Positions 1 through 10,100 of a stretch of 33,836 bases of DNA are shown here, one piece after another. The notes under the pieces were generated by a model. The model made no database searches. It was not told the DNA's origin and worked only from the letters and a program-made list of their open reading frames with translations. The translations under genes were made by a program, and so were the position numbers. Every line of letters begins with the position of its first letter. The first letter of the stretch is position 1. The stretch lies in IMG/VR virus record IMGVR_UViG_3300027969_000262, positions 1-33,836 of that record; one strand, written 5' to 3'. The DNA is from a virus (Duplodnaviria > Caudoviricetes).

Positions 1-37
1 AGACTTAAATCTAGATGATTTAAACTTTGATGACTAA
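1..37 (+). CDS. 3' end of upstream gene with acidic C-terminal tail (...DLNLDDLNFDD*), possibly an SSB/replication accessory protein
   Basis: Frame 2 reads DLNLDDLNFDD then TAA at 35-37. Acidic/aromatic tails are typical of SSB-like proteins. Only 11 codons are visible. Confidence 0.45.
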   Translation, partial: DLNLDDLNFDD

Positions 38-172
38 TTTACCTCTTGTAGATGGGTGGGGCTATGCCCCCATGTTACCTTCCCCTTTTCAGTAAGGGTA
101 CAGTCCTAACGTCAAGGAAAATCTACTAAGGGCGTGACAGTGGCGAGAGAGCCACACTAATTTGGAGCCATA

Positions 173-424
173 ATGAATACAGTAAATATAGATTCTCGTA
201 AAGTAGCAGGGGTAGTTAAGGAAGGTTTAAGATTAGTATCAGACAAAGGTTTTGCAAGGGCAGAAATCATAATAGGTTTAGCTGAATTACTTGGGCGCAT
301 CATTGTAGACTCGGCAGAGACTAATACACAAGCAGAAGAACTAGCCAAGATAGCACATAACCATACAGACATTTCAATTGGTATCGGACTAAGAGCCTCA
401 CAAAAAATAATCACTGGAGTGTAA
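173..424 (+). CDS. hypothetical phage protein (83 aa)
   Basis: GGAG SD at 164-167; its stop directly abuts the primase ATG (TAAATG). Confidence 0.8.
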   Translation: MNTVNIDSRKVAGVVKEGLRLVSDKGFARAEIIIGLAELLGRIIVDSAETNTQAEELAKIAHNHTDISIGIGLRASQKIITGV

Positions 425-3379
425 ATGAATACTCTTGAATTTTTAGAGGCGATACTACCGCCTACAGGGGTTTATTACCTCGCATTAATTGACAGAGCCA
501 CAGGTCGAGTTGCACATAAGCACTACACTAATTTGCAGGAAATGGCAGATGGAGTATTGTCTTATGACGACTCAGGGAAGTACAACGTGTATCATGCTTG
601 CTCATCATACAAAGAACCGATGATGATAGGTGAAGACGGCAAGAAGAAGTTTCGTACTAATCTGAATTGGGATAGAGCCAAAGCGTTATGGATTGACTTG
701 GACTGTGGGGAAGATAAAGCACAAAAAGGAGAAGGTTATCTTACTAAGAAAGATGCTGCAACAGCTATTACGAAGTTCTGTACGGAAAATAATTTTCCAA
801 AACCGATGTTTGTTGATTCAGGAAATGGAGTCCATTGTTACTGGCCATTTACAAAAGCAATCAAAGCAGAAGCATGGGTTAAGTTAGCCAACGTTTTTAA
901 ATATGTTTTAGCACACTATGGTGTACTAGCTGACCCGACATGTACTGCTGACTTTGCTAGGATACTTAGACCAGTATGTTCTACCAATCGTAAGAAAGAT
1001 ACTAAACCAGTTGTAGGTAAAAAACTTGTTGACCCTGTTGACCCTGCAGTTATAAGCACTGTACTTAGTACATTAGTTAAAGCCAATGAGATCAAAGTAT
1101 CTAGCGTATCAAAAGCATTAGTCGCTGATATTAATGATGACTTAACTGCACACTTACCTCCATCAATCCCATGCTATGCAGAATTAGTTGCAGACAGATG
1201 TGCTCAAGTAGCTAGTATGAGAGATACGCAAGGTGATGTTAGTTACGAACATTGGAGACACGTAATTGGTATTATTAAACATTGCGAAGAAGGTATTGAT
1301 TTAGCTTATAAGTGGAGCGAAAAAAGGGCAGAAACAGGGCACTCACAAAATGATACTGATGTTAGATATAATACTTGGGCTACAGGCCCATCACTATGTT
1401 CTGCGTTTTCTGTAGTTAATCCTAAAGGGTGTGAAGGTTGCCCTAACAAAGGTAAGATAAATACACCTATTGTACTTGGTAGAATGGCACCCGAAACTAA
1501 AATAGAAACAGTAGAAGCTAAACAAGACGGACAAAAAATAGAAGTACAAATCCCTGAGTTTCCCAAGAATTACGGACATGAGAATGGTCGTATGGTTAGA
1601 TACATGAAAGACAAAGACAACATCATACATTCGTTTGAGTTCTGTACCAACATCTTTTATCCTGTATATCGTATTAAGACTGAAGACGGTACATACGCAT
1701 TATCTATGCGAACACATTTACCCGATGGAAGAATAAGAGACTTTGAAATACTAACAAAATTAATCGTAGCACCACAAAAATGTTTAGAGTCATTGGCTGA
1801 CTACGAAGTAATACCAACTAATCACAAGGATGCATCTATGCATTTAACAGCATATTTAAAAGATAGTTTAGAAAAACTTAAATCAGAAGCAGAAGAAATA
1901 AATACATTAACCGAATTTGGTTGGCACAACGATATGCAGACGTTCTTAATCGGTGATCGTTTATACCATAAAGACGGGACAATTCGTAAAGTTCTCCTTG
2001 GTGGATATGCTAAGAGCTATGTAGATTCTTTTCCTAGCCCTATTGGTACAGTGGAAGGATATGCTAAAGGTCTTAATTACATATACAATCGTTCGGGTAT
2101 GGAAATGATGCAGTATGTAATAGGCTCTAGTTTTGGTTCTTTGTTAACACCTTTAGGTGATTCAATGTATAAAGGATTACTTGTTGCCATTATTGGTGGT
2201 GCGACTGCCAAGGGTAAAACTACTGTATGTTGGTCAAGCCTTTATGCGTTTGGTAATGCAGATAAGATGACTATAAAAACTGAAAAGGGAAGTACTGAGA
2301 ATGCACGTTATGCTCGTATCGGAACCTATAAAAATATACCACTACTAGTTGATGAGTTAACAAATATTGATAAAGCTGATTTTTCAAGGATGGCTTACAA
2401 CATATCAGGTGGTAGTGAAAAAGATAGATTAGGCAGTAATGGCAAATCAGGATTTAGTCCTAAAACTGGTGTTGAATGGAGTATGAGTCCATTGGTTACT
2501 GCCAACACAGACCTTCATGGCCTTCTTGCAAGTCAGCAAGGTAATACAGAAGCAGAAGCAGTACGTCTTATTCAAATTAATATAGACGAATACAAAGTAC
2601 CATTTTTAGCAATCAGTGAAGTTGAAACTGCTAAAAAACAAATGCAGTTAAACATGGGCTCTGCCGGTGATTTATATATTAAATATATAGTTACAAACAT
2701 GGATGATGTAATAAGCAGACTTCATAAATGGAGTAGAACAGTCGAAGTTGACATATCTGATCAAAAGTATAGACTTTACCGCCAACATGTTATCTGTTCT
2801 TTTACGGCTCTTGAGATTACTAATATGTTGCATATTACAGAGTTTAATCTTGAAGCCCTGTATCCTCTTGTTATTAATCTAATGCATGAGTTAGCTAAGA
2901 CTATCCAAGAAGAAAACGTAATGACTCCCGAAGATGCATTAAGTGAGTTAATTAACTCAATGTCCCCGAGGGTTATTTCTACTTACGGATACACTGATTC
3001 TCGTGGAGGTAATACCGTAGAGCAAATTAGAACCCCTATAGGCGGTGCAGTTGGTCGCTACATTATTGGTTCTCAGCATGATAAGTCAGCAGAGTCTAAA
3101 CGTCTTGCTGGTAAGTTGTTTCTTGCTAGAAAAGAAGCGATTGAATGGACAAGAGATAAGCGTATGACTTTTAAAGAAATAGAAAAGTATGCACTAGATA
3201 ATCGTATTATGATTCCCATGGATAAGAAATTTACCATAGGCAAAGGCACGACAGTTCAAACTGGAAACATAAATGTGGTTTGTATTGATATGGAAAAACT
3301 AGCTAGTATGACTGGAAGTAATGTATTTTTAAATGTACATACCAAAGAAACTAGCGAAGATTTGAAAAAAGCTGTATGA
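425..3379 (+). CDS. DNA primase-helicase: N-terminal AEP/RepB-like primase, PriCT-2-like region with Cys cluster, DUF927 and P-loop helicase
   Basis: AEP motifs WIDLDCG, DSGNGVHCYW and DFARILR; YEHWRHVIGIIK followed by C..(x10)..CxxC; GWH..FLIGD (DUF927-like); Walker A GGATAKGKTT; Walker B LLVDE. Confidence 0.88.
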   Translation: MNTLEFLEAILPPTGVYYLALIDRATGRVAHKHYTNLQEMADGVLSYDDSGKYNVYHACSSYKEPMMIGEDGKKKFRTNLNWDRAKALWIDLDCGEDKAQKGEGYLTKKDAATAITKFCTENNFPKPMFVDSGNGVHCYWPFTKAIKAEAWVKLANVFKYVLAHYGVLADPTCTADFARILRPVCSTNRKKDTKPVVGKKLVDPVDPAVISTVLSTLVKANEIKVSSVSKALVADINDDLTAHLPPSIPCYAELVADRCAQVASMRDTQGDVSYEHWRHVIGIIKHCEEGIDLAYKWSEKRAETGHSQNDTDVRYNTWATGPSLCSAFSVVNPKGCEGCPNKGKINTPIVLGRMAPETKIETVEAKQDGQKIEVQIPEFPKNYGHENGRMVRYMKDKDNIIHSFEFCTNIFYPVYRIKTEDGTYALSMRTHLPDGRIRDFEILTKLIVAPQKCLESLADYEVIPTNHKDASMHLTAYLKDSLEKLKSEAEEINTLTEFGWHNDMQTFLIGDRLYHKDGTIRKVLLGGYAKSYVDSFPSPIGTVEGYAKGLNYIYNRSGMEMMQYVIGSSFGSLLTPLGDSMYKGLLVAIIGGATAKGKTTVCWSSLYAFGNADKMTIKTEKGSTENARYARIGTYKNIPLLVDELTNIDKADFSRMAYNISGGSEKDRLGSNGKSGFSPKTGVEWSMSPLVTANTDLHGLLASQQGNTEAEAVRLIQINIDEYKVPFLAISEVETAKKQMQLNMGSAGDLYIKYIVTNMDDVISRLHKWSRTVEVDISDQKYRLYRQHVICSFTALEITNMLHITEFNLEALYPLVINLMHELAKTIQEENVMTPEDALSELINSMSPRVISTYGYTDSRGGNTVEQIRTPIGGAVGRYIIGSQHDKSAESKRLAGKLFLARKEAIEWTRDKRMTFKEIEKYALDNRIMIPMDKKFTIGKGTTVQTGNINVVCIDMEKLASMTGSNVFLNVHTKETSEDLKKAV

Positions 3380-3419
3380 TTAACCCGTTAGCTACGCTAA
3401 CTCCTCCGTGAAATGCTTT

Positions 3420-3446
3420 CCCCCACTTAACCGTGGGGGTTTTTTT
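3420..3446 (+). terminator. Rho-independent terminator of the replication operon, at the convergence with late genes
   Basis: CCCCCAC-TTAACC-GTGGGGG followed by T7. Confidence 0.9.
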
Positions 3447-3580
3447 CAATACTCTATATAGATACGGACTATAAATAGATCAAAGACGATGTACTTACCA
3501 TCTTCATCAAGATCGCACATCTCAAATCCAAACATAACACCTTTAATAAAGTAAAGATTTACACTGAAGTCGCCAATCAT
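3446..3580 (-). CDS. small hypothetical protein, 44 aa (MIGDFSVNLYFIKGVMFGFEMCDLDEDGKYIVFDLFIVRIYIEY); below the ORF-track cutoff
   Basis: ATG lies 1 nt after the upstream stop (TAATATG); open to TGA at 3446-3448; fills the gap exactly. Confidence 0.65.
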   Translation of the reverse strand: MIGDFSVNLYFIKGVMFGFEMCDLDEDGKYIVFDLFIVRIYIEY

Positions 3581-3581
3581 A

Positions 3582-3839
3582 TTAACACTTCCATCTTTTT
3601 AGTGATGCTGCTTTGCGGGTTGGTTTACCGTTCTCGTCTTTCATAGGGCCGGGCATTCCACTCATACGTGCACAAAATGACTTCTTACGAGGACCACCTT
3701 CAGGTTGAGGTGCTTTTAAATTAGAACCAGTTTGTGAATTATATTTAGCACGACCCTTGGCAGTTAAACCCGCACCTTTTGATACAGGTAACTTTTCTCC
3801 ACGGCCAACAGAAAGATTAACTCCTTTTTTAGTTGCCAT
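3582..3839 (-). CDS. small basic phage protein, DUF6321-like
   Basis: GLTAKGRAKYN..GSNLKAP..RKKSFCARMSG..LKRWKC signature, recognised from memory. Confidence 0.75.
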   Translation of the reverse strand: MATKKGVNLSVGRGEKLPVSKGAGLTAKGRAKYNSQTGSNLKAPQPEGGPRKKSFCARMSGMPGPMKDENGKPTRKAASLKRWKC

Positions 3840-3841
3840 GA

Positions 3842-4126
3842 TTACTTACCGTAAAAAGTTGTTATTTTTGCAGTTGCTGGTAACGTAACATGAATATCGG
3901 TTTCGAATAAAAGACCTGCTCCCGGAAGCGTTAAAACTATGGGCTGCGTACCAGTTCCAATATTAAATTGAAAAACAATAGTTCCAGATGCACCGCCATC
4001 ACGGAAAATAATATCTCCAGCAGTACCGCCAGATATGCAATGATAACTTTTTACATAAAATGCTCCGGTAGCTACAGTTCCGGTTGTTTCTCTATGAAAG
4101 CTTTTTAAGCCTTGTGGATCGCTCAT
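3842..4126 (-). CDS. hypothetical, probably beta-rich virion protein (94 aa)
   Basis: Strong SD AAAGGAG; FRDGGASGT..PGAGLLF pattern; tightly packed in the operon. Confidence 0.75.
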   Translation of the reverse strand: MSDPQGLKSFHRETTGTVATGAFYVKSYHCISGGTAGDIIFRDGGASGTIVFQFNIGTGTQPIVLTLPGAGLLFETDIHVTLPATAKITTFYGK

Positions 4127-4142
4127 ATACTTCTCCTTTAAA

Positions 4143-7100
4143 TTAACGTTCTGTTACAAACCCTGATGCCAAACTCGGCTTAACTATACCACCTTTAATA
4201 TCTCTTTGACGCTTAAGTTGTTCTTGTGGAGCTCTAAATAGTTCTGATATTGGTTGGCGCTTGAGGCCATTTCTAACTCTAGCAAGTTGTGTATCTTCCC
4301 ATTTTCGTCTAATGTCGCCCATTTCTTCTGTGTCACCCTTACGGAATGCTTGTGTGTATTCAGTTTTTAATTCAGTAGTACGCTCACTATAGAACTTGTC
4401 AGCCTTAAATTCTGAACTCATTATAAACTGTTTATCAGTAATTTTATTAGTTGGTAAACCTAAAGCTTGGCTCATAGCATCTAATGTACTTATATCATCT
4501 GCTGATAGAACAACATCACCATTACGTTTTACAACTCCTTTGTCTAGTAACTCAAAAGCTTTAACTGCGTTACCTAATCCAGTAGGAGCAAGTGCTGCTA
4601 AACCTTTGTAGTAGTTACCTTGAGTCATAAGTCCAATACCATCAATTACTTTAGGTAGTAACCCGCCTAGGAAAGGACCCATAGAAGCAGCTAATGCTTT
4701 GGCATATCCGTCACGACTTAAGTCAATCTCTGTATATGGAAGGATAGACAACATCTGACCCATACCTAACTTACCTGATAAATCCACACCTAATAACTTA
4801 GGAATACCTTTTAGCAATACATCAGCAACTGCATTATCACCAATTATCTTGCGCAGTGTAGCTTCTGGATTATCAGGTTCATCTTCATCCCCAAATGCAG
4901 CACCAACTATCCATGCAATTGCAGCAAATCCGGGCATACCCATAACACCAGCCATGGCAAATGTATGACTTAATGTATATATGAGTGCTTTTTTACCAAC
5001 AAGACGTATCTGTTTGGTTTCTTCTGCGTTTTTACCTACTCCTTTAAAAGACTGATTAATCAATTTAGCCATTAAACTAATCTGAATTAACTGGAACTTC
5101 CTAAACTGAGTCATTAAACGACCAACACCTTGACGAGTAAATCTTGGAGCATTAAACCCTGAGTAGTCACCGTGTGTATCAATAATAACTTTATCAGCGT
5201 AAGCAATAGCGTCTGCTTGACTTGCCCCATCTTGTTTTTCTAATCGATAGGCAGCAACTGCTGTAACTACACGGTTAATAGATTCAACATCTTGCGATAT
5301 ACTTCTTAGTTTTTCTATGGCAACACTTGCAAGATTCTTTTCTTCCGTAGACTGCCAACGGCCTAAGTCACTTTCCAAACTAATATCAATACGACCTGAG
5401 TTAACCAAGGTTTCAATTGCTTCTCTTACATCTGCAGGTAACTTAGAATATGTTTTTTCATTTAAACCTTCTGAACGAATCACACTGGCAATATCTTTAT
5501 AACCCTGCATCATTGCAGAAGTTGTTTTAGCATACCCGTGTTTAGCGGCCATAACAGGCATAGACATCATGTAAGGCTGAGTTAAGTTTTGTAAATAGTA
5601 TGCAGGATTAGTTAATAGCATCCACATAGAAGTTATACCAAGGGCTTTATCTAAAAGTGGATTAGACTCATAGTTAAATGCCATGGCATGTCGTTTCATA
5701 AACTCGTTGTAATACCTACGACGATCACCACGACCAGTTGTAGAAGCATCAGCTTCTTTTTTCATATTACGTAATTGGTCATATATTGCACTGGTATTAT
5801 GTAAAGTAGATATAAAGTGTGCAGAGGCTCTACCTTGTGTGGCAAAAGAACGCATCATGTCATCTTCAGCACCAGCAATACCTTTACGACGGTTCTCAGA
5901 TTGACGAGCTGACTGGTCAGACAACAAAGCTAATTGTAAGTTTAATAAAAGACTGTCAATAGTTTTCTTAGACTTGTTACTTAAATCTCCAAGAGAATCA
6001 TCTGCCATAGTACGGAAACGTTGGAATACATCGCTTACATCTTTACCACCATACATGGCACGTTCAGCGTCATCTTTTTCAAATGGTTCTACAAAAGCGT
6101 AGTTACCTTCTTGACTACGAGCTATGGCTTTAGCTTCTGCCCATGTCTCAGCAAACTGAACAAAATAATGATCACCATCTTTCTGTAACTTCTCAATAGT
6201 CTTGCGATCTTTGGCTTCTTCAGCATTTAAATATTCTTGGGACTTACCAGCAACTACATAGTTACCAAAACGTTTTAGAGGCGCATATGGAGAATTAGCT
6301 TGCACAGACATCAAACTACGATAGTCTCTTAGTGCATCTGCCTTTTTCTTTTGTAGACTAGACACTTCTTTAGCATCTTCATCGGCTTCAGCTTCTTTAA
6401 TTAGAGCATCGTATTCTGTTGTAATGTTACTCATTACGCTTTGTTTCATATCAGACAAGGTATTAAAACCATGTTCAAATACTTTTTTAATTACTTTCTG
6501 AGCGTTGTCAGGCATTTTATTAAATCTGTCAGCTATATCTTTATCAATAGGAACAGCTTCTTTAATCCACGACGGTTGGAATCCCCATTTATTACCCATG
6601 GTAGAATCTTTTAGAAACTTATTAACGCTTCCTTCACCAGTACCTTTAACGGATTTATCTAGCTTTTCGTAATCTTGTAAAACTTCTTCAACTCTACGTT
6701 CATACTTAGTTTTTATAGCCTGACGTTCTTTCATCAAACCTACATACTTTGTTACAGATGGAATGTACTTCTGAGCAACTAGCGCTAAGTCTTCAGTAAA
6801 CGATGCCCATATAGAACCTTTTTTAGCCGCATCTTGAATTGTGTCAAATATAGCTTGAACCGGTCCTCTATAGCTAGGAGGTAGTGCATCAATTCTATTC
6901 TTGGCACCAGCACGTATAGCACTAATTGGTTGTATAGAAAACCTAATATCACTACTATCTAAATTATATGCTCCACTGTTACCAATAGCAGATTTAATTT
7001 GATTAGAACTGTAGACAGCTAAATTTCTTACACCTTTTTCTGATACATAAAACGCATCAAATTCAGAACGTTTAATTGCAGCTTGTACCTGTGGAGACTC

Positions 7101-10100
7101 TATTACAGACCACTCACCTTGTTGCAACTTATCTTCCCAATTCCACCCACTAAATTCTTTATCAAGTTCTTCTTTTTCACGTTGGAATAAATTTTGTTTG
7201 ATAAGGGCTATGTGTTTTTCTTTACTGTAATCAAATGGGTTTTCAGCACGAACAAACACAGGCATAATGTTTGCATACTTTTCTACTTCTTTAGAAGACT
7301 CTATTCCCCATTGTGCTCTTAAGTTTGCATAATCTTCAGCAAATTTAATACTACTTGTTAAAAATATAGCATTGCCTTGTTTAGGTCTAAATTCAACAAT
7401 GTCTTGTGCAGTACCGTGATACATTACTTTTGGAGTTCCATCTTGGTTAACTATTTTACTATTTCCAAACCATTTTTTAAAGTTGTTAACTGCAAAAGAA
7501 AACTGAACTTTATTAGTTGGTACTAAAATATTTTCTTGGATAACCAAATGAGCTGCACCGTAAGCCAAATCAACTACATCTTCAGCAGTTAAACTTTCAG
7601 AAGTAAATCCTAATTTTCTAAGTGCTCTTTTAAACGCACTAACTATGGAAGATAAAAATCTACCTAAAGGGGTAGGAGAATACTTAACAGTCGGGTTAAT
7701 TCCAGCTTTAACCGCTTCTTCAATAAAGTATGCAAGAAGTTCATCATTCATGGAATCTACAGATGTTTTAGCAGCAGCTACACGTTCCAATGCTTTAATA
7801 GCAATTTTGCCTTCTACAGAATTTTTATTACCAGCCCACTCATTAATCTTATCAATCAGAGTGTTAAATTCTTTATCGCCTAACATCTCTTGTAAACCTA
7901 AATGAGATCCAACTTCATGTAAGAATACAGCACGAATATCATTTGGATTAATATTATCAGCAATTAAATATGCTTTACCTGCACCAGTTACAAATCCCCC
8001 AACCCTCTCTTGGTCAGATAAAGACTGTTGAATTAGCGGTGGTAGTTGTGTAATACTTTGAACAATACGAACAACTTTACTACTGCCTAACCCAATAAAA
8101 TCTTTTAACTCGGCTGCAATCTGTGCAGTTGTAGATTTTTCAGTAGTTTTTTCTTGTTTGCTTAGTTGTAGTTTTTCTTCTTTGGCCGCAAGTTGCGTAC
8201 CTTTTGTTCCTGCTACAGTTTCAGTACCTACTTTTTCTGTAACAGTTTTTGTCTTTGGAGTAATACCTTGGCGAGCAATATCTTTTTCAAGCACGGCTTT
8301 ACCATTGACAAACTCCATTACATTTTCTTGGTTATCAGGAACTACAAACAACGTAGCGCCATTCATCTGGTTTTCATGTCCTTTGAGAACCTTACCAAAA
8401 GTATCTTTGTCTACATTAATACATCCAAACGAATACCTTGAGTTCTGCGGACCAGACTCTTTAAGTGCTTGTTGACGTTGTTGTGCATCTTTCTCGCTCA
8501 ACCATACAGAGTGCATCAATGTAGTAAAGTACTTATCTCCAGTGTTTTCATTAACACCTTCAACTCCATATACAGTATCAAAATCATACCCTTTAGTACT
8601 AGATGTATTAGTTCTTTGTACTAACTTCATTAACCCAGCAGGAGTAATCTTGTTGGCATCAATGTTGTTATCACCCTTCATGAAATCGCCAAAACTTTTA
8701 GCAACTAAAACTTTGCTTTGGAATAGTAGTGTTCCATCAGGATTAAAAATAAACTGAGTTGCTGTTGGCTTGTCAGTAATAATAAACAACTTATTTGTTT
8801 TAGCTAGTTCATCTTTAATAGTTGGATAAATAACTTCATACGCACGTTGTGCGGCAGGGGACATATTTTTAGCAACAGTGCTAGGAGCTTTTTGTATAAC
8901 TTGTTCAGTCCGAGTTTCATATGTAGGAACTATAATTTTAATAGGGTCAGAAGCTAAATTCGGATTTAATACAATAGCTATGGACATTACACCATTGGCG
9001 ATCTGCTTAATTATGTCACGTACAGCACCAGCAACTGCTTCGGCACCCTTGGTAACATACTTAAGAACATCGTCTTTAACTTTAGAAATAAATTCTTCAG
9101 TGCCACGTTTAGCTTTGTAATGCTGTTCTAATCTAGTATTTTGTGCATCTGTAAGACTGCTTGTTTGGTCGGTAATTAGTTTAACTTGTTCTTTCTCACC
9201 AACAGAAACAATACGAGCTTCACCTTCAATGGTACGAGACTCATCTGCTAGTTGTTCAGCAGTTTTACTTTCTACTTTTTGTTCTGTTTCAAATATTTTG
9301 TTGGCAGTAATTAAATTGCCTTTGTTATCTTTAACTGCAAGTGCCCAATCAGCTTTACCTGTTGGAGATAATCCATCATACTTAACAGGAGCACCTAATG
9401 CATCCCATAGTTGAGCGGCAGACTTTGTTTCCTTAGTAGTTTTTTCTTCTACTTTCGGGGCTCTTTGCTTTTTCTTTTCGACTTTGACAACAACTTCTCT
9501 GGAAGTGTTTTCGGGTTTGGCGTTTCCTTCGCCCACTGCTTGGCCACCTTCGGCTGATTTGCGAACATTTCTCTCATCTGTGCTTTGCTCTTGAAAGGCA
9601 TTTTCTGCTCCTTTTTTACTTAGGTTTTGAGTCTTAGATAACTTCTGTGCTTTCTTAGCCAAAACTTCAGCCGCAGCCAAGTCAGCTTCAAGGTCTTCTT
9701 TCTTTAGAGTTAACTCGTCTACTGTTTCAGAATCATCATTGGCAGTAGCTGCATCAATTTTAGCTTCAAGGTCTTTTATTTGTTGGATAAGCTTTACACC
9801 TTTAGTGCCAACAGATTCACCCAAGTTATATTGTTCATTAACACTAATAGACTTACGAGAAGATTCTTTAACACCAGTTTCTTCTTCCTGACCTTCTTTG
9901 TTTTTAACATTAAGTTCAACTTCATACTGACCAAGTTCTTGTTTAATCTCAGATTCTATATCTGATATGTCTGAACTTAAATCATTGTTACCAAGAGTAA
10001 GTAATTTGGCAAGAGTAGCATCGTTCTCAATGTTATACTTTTGTTTTATTTCAGCAATAATTCCCGGTAATAATTTTTTAGTTGTTTCAGACCAACCTGC

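Noticed and set aside
48-126. tRNA-like cloverleaf
   Set aside because: Lacks the T-loop TTCRA, D-loop GG geometry, a 7-nt anticodon loop and CCA.
157-414. 85-aa minus-strand ORF
   Set aside because: Antisense to the SD-bearing 173-424 gene that is coupled to the primase.
8228-8305. GGAG-7 nt-ATG 25-aa +1 ORF inside the giant gene
   Set aside because: Very short, with a weak SD that arises from Met-Glu codons; compatible with chance.
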